A stretch of 64,000 nucleotides of DNA from Mobula hypostoma (Eukaryota), in the NCBI RefSeq assembly GCF_963921235.1, contig NC_086097.1:16554001-16618000 (forward strand), read 5' to 3'. Made by a program: the position numbers and the translations under genes. Of the stretch, positions 1-12,296 are shown in pieces. The first letter of the stretch is position 1. The number at the start of each line of letters is the position of its first letter. Below the pieces are notes generated by a model that saw nothing but the letters and a program-made list of their open reading frames with translations, searched no databases and was not told the DNA's origin.

Positions 1-395
1 ATAGCCTGTAATGGTCCGACCACAGAGATGTTGCAGCTAAGAAAGCTCACAAACACCTCTACTTCCACCGGAGGCTAAAGAAATTTGCCATAACCCACTC
101 AATCCTTACCAAGTACCATTAGGTTCGGACAGTTTTTATCCAGTTATTATAAGACTACTAAATTGTTCTTTGTACAATAAATTGGGCTGTTGACCTCTCA
201 ATCTAGTTAGTTATGATTTTGCATCTTGTTTAACTGTACTGCGCTTTCCCTGTAAATGTTGCACTTTATTCTGCATTGATATCGTTGTAGCTTGTTCTAC
301 CTTAATGCACAGTGCAATGACTGATCAGTGTGAATAGCATACAAGAAAAGCTTTTCAGTGCATCTCAGTACACGGCAATAATAAACAAATTCAAA
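1..395 (+). mobile_element. Degenerate 3' end of a Rex1/Babar-like LINE or derived repeat
   Basis: Remnant of the KAHQRLYFLRRLKKF-type region, plus a 3' UTR shared with the copy at ~33590-33855. Confidence 0.55.
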
Positions 396-652
396 CCACT
401 CGCATTCATCCAGATACAAAAACTGGCAACTGTAAAGGGGAAAAAAAAGGCAACCCAAAGGATAGTATAAAATAACAATAACCAGCATATATTTAAAAGG
501 ATCCTTCTGAATTTTTTTTGAACAATCTCTCATTCGTTCCTTCTCACCCTTGTCTTTATCTCCAATTACAACTGACACATGGTTCAGATAAAAACCACAG
601 TAATCTTGCAAGTAACAAAAATAATACAGTCTATGTATTTTAGGATTCTTAC

Positions 653-736
653 TTCTTCAATTGCAGCATCTTGAAGCAGTGATCTAATGTCTAAACGTAA
701 CATATGTCGTGGAGTCGAATCCCAATGATCAGCCAT
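653..736 (-). CDS. YLPM1: YLP motif-containing protein 1 (ZAP3), coding exon ~16 (MADHWDSTPRHMLRLDIRSLLQDAAIEE)
   Basis: Acceptor tgttttacag, donor GAA|GTAAGA, 84 nt, phase 0/0. The peptide matches the YLPM1 C-terminal domain as I recall it. Confidence 0.95.
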
Positions 737-1191
737 CTGTAAAACAATACAGAATACATGCCAATCAATAGCCACAGCAATTGACTACTTATTTAGTATC
801 CAAGTTGATGAGACAATTGGTAATAAAAAGTCTTCTTCACCACCGGGAAACAACTTTTAGGAATAATGTCCAGAGTAAATTTGAATCTCATCCAGCTAGG
901 TCTTAATGGAACAGAGATGCCTTTTTTTAAGCTTATCAGTAACTCCCTGAAATGAAAAGAATTGGGAAATGAAATTTTCAACTTTGTATAGGTATATTTA
1001 AGGTGAGCTGTTAATAAGATTCAGTATTTCAGCTCAATTCAAGGTCAGTGCAGAGATGAGTAATCTAAAAAAAAAATTGACTGATCAAATCTCATTTACT
1101 TCAATCTTAATCATATACTTGCTTGCCACTGTCAAAACCATGAATATAGATCACACTCAGGGCCTTAAAAATAGAAATACAGATTATTCAC

Positions 1192-1275
1192 CTTATTGAT
1201 TTCCTTCAATTTGCGTCCATGAATGTTCCTTTTCGCACAGGTTTGATTATCGGCACTCACTTCTGCAATATAAAC
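1192..1275 (-). CDS. YLPM1: YLPM1 coding exon ~15 (VYIAEVSADNQTCAKRNIHGRKLKEINK)
   Basis: Acceptor tctctcgctctag, donor AAG|GTGAAT, 84 nt, phase 0/0. Confidence 0.95.
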
Positions 1276-1514
1276 CTAGAGCGAGAGAGAGAAATCATAT
1301 TAATTCATTCAAATTCAAATTACAGCAACTTAAAAAAACAAGAATAGAAAAAGCAGATTTTTTCTTGGAAAAATGCTCCCTCAAATGGCAATTTTTTCCT
1401 CCTTTAGAAATCTTTTATATAGCATAATCTAAATCAGCAATTCTGAGGATTTACTAACTACATAAAACGTTAATGCCACTTGTGAGAATAATTACTACTT
1501 AGTAGTTGTACATT

Positions 1515-1950
1515 CATAGAGAACCTCAGAGTCATAGAGAAGTACAGCACAGAAACAGGACCTTTGGCCCATCTAGTCCATTCTGAAACCATTTAAACTG
1601 CCTACTCCCATCGACCTGCACCAGGACCATTGCCCTCCATACCCCTATCATCCATACACTGATCCAAACTTTTTGTAAGCATTGAAATTGAGCTCTCATG
1701 CACTACTTAAGCTGGCAGCTCATTCCACACACTCACAACCCTCTGAGCGAGCAACCCTCATATTCCCCTTAAATTTTTCACCTTTCACCCTTAATCCATG
1801 ACTCTGGTTGTAGTCCTATCCAGCCTCAGTAGAAAAAGCCTGCTTGCATTTACCCTATTTATACCTGTCATAATTTGGTATATCTCTATCAAATCTCCTT
1901 TCAATCTTCTAAGTTCTAAGGAATACAGTCCTAACCTATTCAATCTTTCC
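1515..1950 (-). mobile_element. CR1 LINE 3' fragment
   Basis: The reverse complement reads as the CR1 ORF2 C-terminus plus the 3' tail (gggccaaaggtcctgtttctgtgctgtacttctctatga). Confidence 0.8.
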
Positions 1951-2109
1951 TAGCTATTAATTCAGCTATTTGTGTTCAATATTCACAATTTCCTTCTTAA
2001 AATTTGCACCAATCTGTATTCCTTTAAGACTTTAACCAGGGATTTATTAACCTTCCTTTGGTTTCCCAAAGCAACTCTCTGAAGTACCTTATGTACAAAG
2101 TTGTCTCAC

Positions 2110-2286
2110 CTCAAAGCCTTTAGTTTTGGCTGCACTCCATAACTGTTCAAAATGCTTAACTCTGTTATTAATGGCATCCACAATGATGAAGGGGAAAAAG
2201 CCATCATCCAGCGTTTTACGGAATGTTTTAAACATGCTGCTTCTGTACGTGTCTTCCATTTCTGGCTCGTATTCGTACTCCAAGAC
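2110..2286 (-). CDS. YLPM1: YLPM1 coding exon ~14 (VLEYEYEPEMEDTYRSSMFKTF...SAAKTKGFE)
   Basis: Acceptor cccattag, donor GAG|GTGAGA, 177 nt, phase 0/0. Corresponds to ORF 2089..2283. Confidence 0.96.
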
Positions 2287-5134
2287 CTAATGGGCAGACA
2301 GCATAAGAAAAGTGGAAAGAAAAGAGAATGGTCAAGTTATCATACAAAGGAAACTAGTCAGCTGTTCTGTTTCAGATAATAGTCATTTTGATAACTCACT
2401 GCACTTGCAGAACTACTCTGCAAATATGAACTTCCTAACCCTTTGTCACATCCAGTGAAATCAAACTTCTATTCCTCACCAAGTTCCTACACTCCATATA
2501 TAATGATTGAAACTCGTCTCAAATACAAATATTCCTAGGGCACTGGCAACTGTTCAGTCTAAATGGATTTGTCAGGTAAATGGTTAACAACTACACCACC
2601 AAAGGTGCCTCTGAAACTTATCCTGAACTAAGAAACATGCTCGTTTAATGAAATCAAGAACCAAAGAAGTTCAAATAATTATCAAAATACTGTAAATATA
2701 TAATACTAAGCAGGCCAGACAACAACTGTGGAAGAACTAGGGCCAAAATTAATACTTCAATCCAAGTATTTTGTGAGAAAAGGAAGAGAAAACAAATTAG
2801 CTTCAGCTGAAGAGAAAATGGAGGAGAGACATATAGTATAAAGGAAAGATCTGATAGGATGAGACCAAATAATAAAAGTGACAGTGAGATCATGCTTGTC
2901 TAGGTTAAAATCTTCAAAATGAAAGGTGTTCTGTACCAGTAGAAAATGCTAGCCAAAATCACAAATAGATGACAGTCAGAAATTGAGATAGATTGAGTTA
3001 CATACATAAACTTGGATAAATTTGATAACAAGCACTGAAGATCGCATGACGGTCAGATGAAAAATGAGGTGCTATTTCTTAAGCTTGCTTTGGCGCTTAA
3101 TGTAAAATGTAGACTAGAGAGATAGGTCACAGTGAGTGCACGATGGAGAAGTAACTGACAGGCAACTGAAGCTCAGGGTCACTCCAGTTCTGCAAAATGA
3201 TTAATTTGTAAGTTCACCAATTGAGATCAATTAGATCCCTCTGTGATCAATTATGTTTTGGTCTCAAAGCTTTGAAACTTTTACCAGAAATTGTGCAGAA
3301 TTACATCTAAATTTGAAAAGCCTTCTCACAACTTTGGAAGCCATAGCCTTCTTCAGTAACTGCAGTGAATTTGTCATTGTGCATAGAGTTGTACAGCAAG
3401 TAAACAGGTCCTTCAGCCCCACTTGTCCATCTCGATAGAGATGCATACCCACCACTCCCCAGCCTCTACTAAAAGTATAAAGAGTAGTACAACTTTCAGA
3501 GAAGGGAACAGCACAGGGAATCCTGAATGCCTTTTTAATTGGACCTCCTGGCAGTGACCAAGCTCTCTAATAGAATGCCCAGATGGGATAATGGGGTGCC
3601 AATCAATCAGGATACTTTGTCATGGATGATTTTGAGTTGCAGTTGCTGGTACTACACTCATCCAGGTGACTGGAGAGTGTTTCATTATACTGCTGATTTG
3701 ACTTTGTAAACAGTGGAAAGGCCAAGGGTGCCAGGAGGTGAATGTATGTGGTTGATCTGAGTTTCCCATTATGACCCAAAGGATACTGACATCAATGCAT
3801 GACACATGCATGTGGTTAGACTCTTGTTGGAGGTGGTCATTAACCCAGCAGCATTGTGTCTGAGGTACCAAAAGGCTTTTTGGTCAACATATGGATCAAG
3901 GCTGTGATGAACTCTGAAGCTGAATGATCCTAGTGTAACCCAAACTGAGCGTACAAAAACAACATAATGTAGTATTTACAGTGGTGCTAGAAAGTCTGTG
4001 AACCTCTGAGAATTTTCTCTATTTCTGCATAAATATAACCTAAAATGTGATCAGATCTTCACGCAAGTCCTAAAACTAGATAAAGAGAACCCACTTAAAT
4101 GAATACTACAGAAAACATTATACTGGTTCATTTATTTAAGAGAAAAATGATCCAATATTACATGTATTTATCGGAAAAAGTATGTGAAACTCAGGATTAT
4201 CTGTTCATTTAAAGGGGAAATTAGAGTCGGGTGTTTCAATCAATGGGATGACAATCAGATGTGAGTTTGGAAGGCCCTGGCCTATTTGAAGAACATAAAT
4301 CTGGGTCTTCACTATCAAAGTCTGATCTTCACCACAGAGGTTTTTGGAGGTGTGCCATGCCTTGATCAAAGATTTCTGAGGACCTCAGAAAGAAAAGTTG
4401 TTGATGCTCACCATGCTGGAAAAGACAGTTTCTAAAGAGTTTGGGCTCCACCACTCCATAGTCAGGCAGATGGTGTACAAATGGAGGAAACTGAACACTG
4501 TTGTTACTCTCCCCAGGCATGGTCACCGACAAAAATCACTCCAAGAGCAAGATTATGTAATATTCCAGGAGGTCACAAAGAACCATGGGGTAACATCTAA
4601 GGAGCTACGGACCTCTCTTGCATTGGCTAATGTCAGTGTTCATGAGTCTATCATCAGGCAAACACTGAACAATAGTGTACATGGCAGGATTGCAAGGAGA
4701 AAGTCACTACTCTCTAAGAAGAACATTGCTGCCTGTCTGACGTTTGTTAATCACCATGTGGAAAAGCCAGATGGGTATTAAAAGAATGTTCTGTGGACAG
4801 GTGAGTCCAAAATATAACTTTATGGCCTAAATGAGAAGTGTTCTGTTTGGTAAAAAGCAAACACAGCATTCCAGCATAGGAACCTCATCCTAACTGTGAA
4901 ACATGGTGGTGGCAGTGTCATGGTTTGTGCCTGCTTTGCTGCCTTGGGACCTCAGCACAGCTTGCCATCATTAATGGAGCCATGAATTCTGAATTGTACC
5001 CAGAAAATTCTACAGGAAAATGTCAAGGTATCTGTCTGTGAACTGAAGCTGAAGAGAAAGTGGATCATGTAGCAAGACAACGACCTTAAAGACACAAGTT
5101 AATCTACCAAAAATTAGTGAATTTCATCTTTTTA

Positions 5135-8127
5135 AGAGACCATAAGACACAGGAGCAGAATTAGGCCATTCAGCCCTTCAAATCCTCTCTGCCATTCCAT
5201 CACAGCTGATCCCGAATCCCACTTAATCTCATACACCTGGCTTCTGGCCATAACCTTTGATGCCCTGACTAATCAGGAAAGTATTAATTTTCACTTTATA
5301 TATATCCAAAGGTCTTTGCCTCCACAGCTGTCTGTGGCAGAACCTTCCACAGATTCACTACTCTCTGGCTAAAAACATTCCTCTTTACCTCTGTTCCAAA
5401 GGGTTGCCCCTCAATTTTGAGGCTGTGCCCTCTAGTTTTGGATACCCCCACCATAGGAAACGTCCTCTCCACATTCCCTTTCAACATCCGGTAGGCTTCA
5501 ATGAGATCCCCATGCATTCTTCTAAATTCCAGTGGATACAGGCCAAAAGCTGCAAATGCTCCTAATATGCGAACCCCTTCATTCCCAGAATCATCCTTGT
5601 GAACCTCCTCAGGACTCTCTCCAATAGTAACACATCCTTTCTGAGATATGGGGCCCAAACTGTTGACAATACTCCAAGTGCAGCCTGACTAGTGTCTTAT
5701 AAAGGCTCCAAATTGCCTCCTTGTTTGTACAGTGCCATGCAAAAGTTTGGGCACCCCTGGTCAAAATTTCTCTTACTGTGAATAGCTAAGTGAGTAAAAG
5801 ATGACCAGATTTTCAAAAGGCTTAAAGTTAAAAAAGACACATTTCTTTAATATTTTAAGCAAGAAAACTTCTTTATTTCCATCTTTTACAGTTTCAAAAT
5901 AACAAAAAAGGAAAAGGGCCCGAAGCAAAAGTTTGGGCACCCTGCATGGTCAGTACTTAGTAACACCCCATTTGACAAGTATCACAGCTTGTAAACGCTT
6001 TCTGTAGCCAGCTAAGAGTCTTTCAATTCTTGTTTGGGGGATTTTCACCCATTCTTCCTTGCAAAAGGCTTCTAGTTCTGTGAGATTCTTGGGCCATCTT
6101 GCATGCACAGCTCTTTTGAGGTCTATCCACAGATTTTTGATGATGTTTAGGTCGGGGGACTGTGAGGGTTATGGCAAAACCTTCAGCTTGCGCCTCTTGA
6201 GGTAGTCCATTGTAGATTTTGAGGTGTGTTTAGGCTCATTATCCTGTTGTAGAAGCCATCCTCTTTTCATCTTCAGCTTTTTTACAGACAGTGTGATATT
6301 TGCTTCCAGAATTTGCCAGTATTTAATTGAATTCATTCTTCCCTCTACCAGTGAAATGTTCCCCATGCCACTGGCTGCAACACAAGCCTAAAGCATGATC
6401 GATCCACCCCCGTGCTTAACAGTTGGAGAGGTGTTCCAAAAAGTTCTATTCAAAAGGTTCAAAGGAGCATCGAAACAAGTTGGATGCATTTTGGAAACCA
6501 GTCCTGTGGACTGATGAAGTTAAAATAGAACTTTTTGGCCGCAATGAGCAAAGGTATGTTTGGAGAAAAAAAGGTGCAGAATTTCATGAAAAGAACACCT
6601 CTCCAACTGTTAAGCATGGGAGTGAATCGATCATGCTTTGGGCTTGTGTTGCAGCCAGTGGCATGGGGAACATTTACCGGTAGAGGGAAGAATGAATTCA
6701 ATTAAATACCAGCAAATTCTGGAAGCAAACATCACACCGTCTGTAAAAGAGCTGAAGATGTAAAATGGATGGCTTCTACAACAGGATAATGATCCTAAAC
6801 ACACCTCAAAATTCACAATGGACTACCTCAAGAGGCGCAAGCTGAAGGTTTTGTCATGGCCCTCACAGTCCCCCGACCTAAACATCATCGAGAATCTGTG
6901 GATAGACCTCAAAAGAGCAGAGCATGCAAGACCGCCCAAGAATCTCACAGAACTAGAAGCCTTTTGCTAGGAAGAATGGGCGTAAATCCCCCAAACAAGA
7001 ATTGAAAGATCCTTAGCTGGCTACAAAAAGTGTTTACAAGCTGTAATACTTGCGAAATGGGGTGTTACTAAGTACTACCATGCAGGGTGCCCAAACTTTT
7101 GCTTCAGGCCCTTTTCCTTTCTTGTTATTTTGAAACTGTAAAAGATGGAAATAAAAAAGTTTTCTTGCTTAAAATATTAAAGAAATGTGTCATCTTTAAT
7201 TTTATGCCTTTTGGAAATCAGTTCATCTTTTACTTGCTTAGCTATTCACAGTAACAGAAATTTTGACCAGGGCTGCCCAACTTTTGCATGCCACTGTATA
7301 TTCTATTCCCCTTGAAATTAATGCCAACATTGCATTTGCTGCCTTTACCACAGACTCAACATTTAAAATAACCTTCTGGGAGTCTTGCACAAGGTCTCTC
7401 TAGTCCCTCTGCACCTCGGATGTTTGAATTTTCTCCCCATTTAGATAATAGTCTGCACTTTTGTTTCTTCTACCAAAATGCATAATCATACATTTCTCAA
7501 CACTGTATTCCATCTGCCACTTTTCGCCCATTCTTCCAATCTGTCTAAGTCCTTCTGCAATCACATTGCTTCCTCAGCACTACCTACCCCTCCACCTACC
7601 TTCGTATCATCGACAAACTTTGCCACAAAGCCATCAATTTCATTATCTAAATCATTAACAATGTGAAACATAGTGGTCCCAACACTGACGGCTGAGGAAC
7701 ACTACTAGTCACTGGCAGCCAACCAGAAAAAGCCCCTTTTATTCCCACTTGCAGCTTCCTGCCTGTCAGTCATTCCTCTATCCATGCTAGTATCTTTCCT
7801 GTAATGCCATGGGATTTTATCTTGTTAAGCAGCCACATGTGTGGCACCTTTTCAAATGCCATCTGAAAATCCAAGTAAATGACATACACTGCCTCCCTCT
7901 TGTACACCCTGCTTGTTACTTCCTCAAAGAACTCTAACAGATTTGTCAAGCAAGATTTCCCTTTACAGAAAACATGCTGACTTTGTTTTATTTTATCATT
8001 AGTCTCCAAGTACCCTGACACCTCATCCTTAATGATGGACTTCAACACTTTCCGAACCACCAAGGCTAGGCTAACTGGCCTAAAATTTCCTTTCTTTTGC
8101 CTTCCTCCGTTCTCATAGAGTGGAAAG
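5135..8127 (-). mobile_element. 5'-truncated CR1 LINE inserted into the Tc1 transposase, itself split by a second Tc1
   Basis: RT peptides in ORFs 5296..5658 and 7770..8063 (SCLTNLLEFFEEVT, YLDFQ.AF.KVPH). CR1 3' tail at 5135-5180. Confidence 0.9.
5730..7296. mobile_element. Tc1-family fold-back (palindromic) non-autonomous element
   Basis: TA|CAGTGCCATGCAAAAGTTTGGGCAC ... TGCCCAACTTTTGCATGCCACTG|TA. Arms 5730-6436 and 6593-7296 are reverse complements, and both encode the DDE C-terminal half (LQQDN.PKHTSK, WPSQSPDLN.IE). Confidence 0.93.
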
Positions 8128-8859
8128 TGCTGACCTTAATCCTACAGAAATGTTGTGGATGGACCTGAAGCAAGCAGTTCATGCAAGGAAGCCCACCAAC
8201 ATCCCAGAGCTGAAGCAGTTTTGTAAGGAGGAATGGTCTAAAACTCCCCCAAGCTGATGTGCAGGAGTGATCAACAGTTACTGGCAACGTTTGGTTGAAG
8301 TTATTGCTGCACAAGTGGGTCACACCAATTACTGAAAGCAAAGGTTCACACACTTTTTCCAACAAATGCACATAGTATTGGATCATTTTTCTCAATAAAT
8401 AAATGAAAAAAGTATGATTTTTTTTCATGTTATTTGTTTAACTGGTTCTTTTTATCTAGTTCTAGAACTTGCTTGAAGATCTGATCACATTTTAGGTCAT
8501 ATTTATGCAGAAATAGAGAAAATTCTATGGGTCTTACAAACTTTCTAGCACCACTGTATTTCCAATGTTGTGACAGTGAGTTAAAATAAAGATGGTCAGT
8601 GGGTAGATAAATGTTTAAAGATCAGAAGAAACAAACCTCTGTGATTTCTCCCCAAAAAAAAGGTAATTTCTTCAAAAAATGGTACGTGGAGGAGAGCTAG
8701 AGTGCCTTGAAAACCCAAACATTTGTTCACATAAATTAGTATTACAACCAGAGATTTTAATCAATTTCAATGAAAATTTTTATTTGTGAATCTCATGTGG
8801 TTTTTTTTTGATGTCTCAATTTGCACGATGTGATGGATCCAGATTTGCCCAATCCTCCT

Positions 8860-10225
8860 TGCAAAATTTCTTTAGCCAGAGGGTGATGAATCTGTGGAAT
8901 TCGATGCCACGGGCAGCTGTGGCTGCCAGGTCACTTGGTGCAGTTAATTCGGAGGTTGATAGGTTTCTGATTAGTCAGGATGTGAAAGGTTATGGGGAGA
9001 AGGCAGGAGAATGGAGTTGAGAGGGAAATGGATCAGCCATGATGAATTGGTGCCACTGACTCAATGGGCTGAATGGCTTACTACTGCTCATCTGTATTTT
9101 GGTTTTATGCTAAGGAAGCAGAGGGGCTGCAGAAGGACTTAAGATCAGAAGATCTAGGAGCAGAATTAGGCCTATCTAGTCTGCTCTGCCATTTTATTAT
9201 AGCTGATCCATTTTCCCTCCAGCCATCAAATTCTGCATCTCCACTTTAAAAGGACATCCTTCTATTCTGAGGCTGTGTCCTCTGGTCTTAAGACTCCCCC
9301 ACCATAGGAAACATCCTCTCCACATCCACTCTATAAAAACGTTTTAACATCTGATAGGTATCAAAGAGATCACTCCTCAGTCTTCTGAATTCCACTGAGT
9401 ACAGGCCCAGAGCCATCAAATGCTCTTCATATGACAAGCTTTTCAATCCTAGAATCACTTTCATGAACCTCCTTTAAACCCTCTCCAATGCCAGCACATC
9501 CTTTCTTCGATTTAAGATTAGGAAAATGGGCAAAGAATTGGCAGATGGAATACAGTGTCAGGAAGAGTATGGTCATGCACTTTGGTAGAAGGAATAAAAA
9601 CATAAACTATTTTCTATGTTAATGGTCGGGGTCCATGGCATAAAGAAGTTTGGAAACCTGTTTCAAATGGAGAGAAAATTCAAAATGACTTGGGAGTCTT
9701 CATGCGGGATTCCTGAAAGGTTAATTTGCAGGTCGAGTAGGTAGTGAGGTGTTAGTATTCATTTTGAGAGGACGAAAAGCAAGGATGTAATGTCAAGCCT
9801 TTATAAGGCACTGATGAGGCTTCACTTAGAATACTGTGAGCAATTTTGGGCCCCTTATCTAAGAAAGAATGTGCTGACATTGGAGATGGTTCAAAGGAGG
9901 TTCACAAAAATAATTCTGGGATTGAAAGCTTATCATATGAGGAGCGTTTGATGGCTCTGGGCCTGTGCTCACTGGAATTCAGAAGAATGAGAAGGGATCT
10001 CATTAAAACCTATCAAATGTTGAAAGGCCCTGATAAAGTGGATTTGCAGAGGATGCTTCCTACAGTTGGGGAGTGTAGGACCAGAGGACATAGCTCTGTG
10101 GAGGTCAAGTCATTGAATACATTTAAGGCAGAGGTTGATAGATCCTTGATTAGTCACGGCATGAAGGGATACAGAGAGAAGGCAGGAGATTGGGGCTGAG
10201 AGGGAAATGGATCAGTCATGATGAA
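8860..10225 (+). mobile_element. Cluster of CR1 3' fragments (+), with an antisense CR1 fragment at ~9145-9510 and a hAT-MITE end at ~9618-9660
   Basis: ORFs 8808..9020 and 9846..10199 (FFSQRV.NLWN, LSYEERL..LGL.SLEFRRMR). The + element resumes after the antisense insert. Confidence 0.8.
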
Positions 10226-10595
10226 CACACATAAAATGCTGAAAATACAGCAGGCCGGGCAACATCTATGGAAAAAGAATACAGTCAATGTTTCAGGCAG
10301 AGACTCTTTGGCTGGACTGGAGAAAAAATGCTGAGGAGGTGATTTAAAAGGTGGGGGAGGGGAGAGAGAAACACAAGGTGACAGGTGAAGCCTGAAGGGG
10401 GAGGGATGCAGTAAAGAGCTGGGAAGTTGATTGATGAAGGAGATACAGGGCTAGAGAAGGGGCAAGTCTGATAGAAAAGGACAGAAGGCCCTGGGAGAAA
10501 AAAAAGGAAGGAGGAACATCAGAGGGAGGCAATAGGCAGGCAAGGAGATAAGATGAGAGAGGGAAAAGGAGATGATGAATGATGAAGGAGGGGCC
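10225..10595 (-). mobile_element. Penelope-like element terminal repeat / 3' UTR fragment
   Basis: Same family as 32270-33260 and 27523-27870 (acacac..aaaatgct...catctatgga...acagtc..tttc), followed by a purine-rich tract. Confidence 0.7.
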
Positions 10596-11394
10596 TGTGG
10601 TTGAAGTTAAAGATGGCACTAGAGGATGACTTCTCACTACGAAACATTTAAATTCTTCTTATTCTAATGTCTCTACATTCCTTTTCAGGATGGCTAGGAT
10701 CCTGTCGGGATCTATGATCTAGAGTGGCACTCAAACTGCAGTTCTGCATGGTGGCATGTTCTCATTCTCGGAGCTTGCCGATCAGCCGTTTTTCAATATG
10801 TTCAGGTTTGGCCTGGACTCGGGCACCTTCACGGCCTTGTGTGGCCCGGTGAACACAAATTCTCACTGGTGTTGTGAACTGAAGCGTAGCAGGAGCCAGA
10901 ACATCGATGACAGTGAGAGTGGCTGCCTGAGTGCTCTGCACTGATAAATCGCACTCTCTTTCAATGGTGAGAGTTTGCTGCCGATTCTCGAGCTGGGGAA
11001 CTCAAAATAAAAAACACTTCAGAATGACTGTAATATCAAAATAGTCACTGTTGTCTCCCTTGTTAGTGAGAAAGAGTGCCTGTGGGATGTCAAAAATGTT
11101 GGAGTCAACAGTTTCTTTTAGACGTACTGTAGATCATTGTCTCGCTTTAGGTGCTTTGCTGTTGCTTGTATGGTGGGTGGTGGGAATGCTAATGCTTTAT
11201 GCTGGAATAAGTAGGAAGGTTTCTGCAACTTGCTGCTGTTTGTGTGTGGAAGGGGGCAGGGGCTTTGGGGTTCTCATGTCTTTTGTCACTCATACTTTGG
11301 GATTTTTCTTCTGTTTCAAGGATGTCTGTGGAGAGTATCAATTCTAGTCTGTATATTGTATACATTCTCTGACATTAAATGGAATCATTGAACC

Positions 11395-11845
11395 ACCATC
11401 AGGGACACCTATTACCTCAGATATGCTCTCATCTTGCTGCTGCCATCATGAAGGTGGTATAGGAGCCTCAGGAGTCACATCACTAGGTTCAAGAATAGCT
11501 ATTACCCCTCAACCATCAGGCTCTTGAACCAAAGGGGATAAATTCACTCAACTACATGTGCCTGTCATTGAAATGTTCTCACAACCCATGGACTCACTTT
11601 CAAGGACTCTTCTTGTCATGTTCGCAATACTTATTGCTCAGTAATTTACTATCATCATTTTTCTTTTTTGTATTTGCACAGATTGTTGTCTTTTGCACAC
11701 TGGTTGAATGTCCAAGTTGGTGCAATCTTCCATTGAATCTGATATGGCTATTATCCTCTTGTGGATTAACTGAGTACACCCGCAAGAAAATGAATCTCAG
11801 GATTGCATATGGTGACACATGTACTTTGATAATAGATTTACTTTG
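11395..11845 (+). mobile_element. Rex1/Babar-like LINE 3' end
   Basis: Remnant of ..LLPS.RWYRSLRSH.TRFKNSYYPSTIRLLN, plus the tail gtactttgataatagatttactttga (shared with ~21250-21390). Confidence 0.7.
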
Positions 11846-12161
11846 AATGGCCAAATTTTGCTCCATCGTGTTGTACAAAGCTAATAGAGACTTATCTAAA
11901 AAGACTTTAATAGCTGAGAGAGGTGGTTCAACTAAGGACTGAGCAAAGGCCAATGAATACTTTTTGAATTGCTGACATTTCAGTTTTTGAATATTTAGAT
12001 TCTCATGGTTTACAATTTTCCATATTTTGGACCCTATTGTGAATATAGGAGCATGTGCTTCACAAGTTAAAAATTCTTAGTTAAATTTATCAAAATTCTT
12101 GGTTGTTATACTCATTTATGTCAACAAATTTGGGGAATGAATACTTTCTCAAGGCGCAGTA
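11845..12161 (+). mobile_element. Tc1 transposon 3' fragment with right TIR
   Basis: C-terminus reads EW..FAPSCCTKLIETYLKRL..AERGGSTK. The DR-like gaatacttt occurs twice, and the fragment ends aaggcgcagta. Confidence 0.7.
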
Positions 12162-12296
12162 TGCATTACGTAGGCATACATGCATAGATATCTCCATTAG
12201 ATACTTATGTATGTTTTTCTTGTGAATGCTGCTTATAAAATGCTATGTGCATGTGATGCTGCTGCAATTTCACTGCACGTGCATGCATTTGACAAT

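Larger units (their letters stand above)
3979..8556 (+). mobile_element. Tc1/mariner (IR/DR type) DNA transposon, decayed, interrupted by nested insertions
   Basis: TA|CAGTGGTGCTAGAAAG ... CTTTCTAGCACCACTG|TA with ~210-bp TIRs. Transposase remnants lie at ~4357-5125 (paired-like HTH, VLWT.ESK, TVKHGGGSVMV) and ~8128-8335 (DLNP.EMLW.DLK...EEW). Confidence 0.93.

Noticed and set aside
297..611. 104-aa minus-strand ORF as a possible next YLPM1 exon
   Set aside because: No resemblance to the expected VEMED.../KSKWEMD exon, and it overlaps a LINE 3' remnant. The next exon must lie outside the window.
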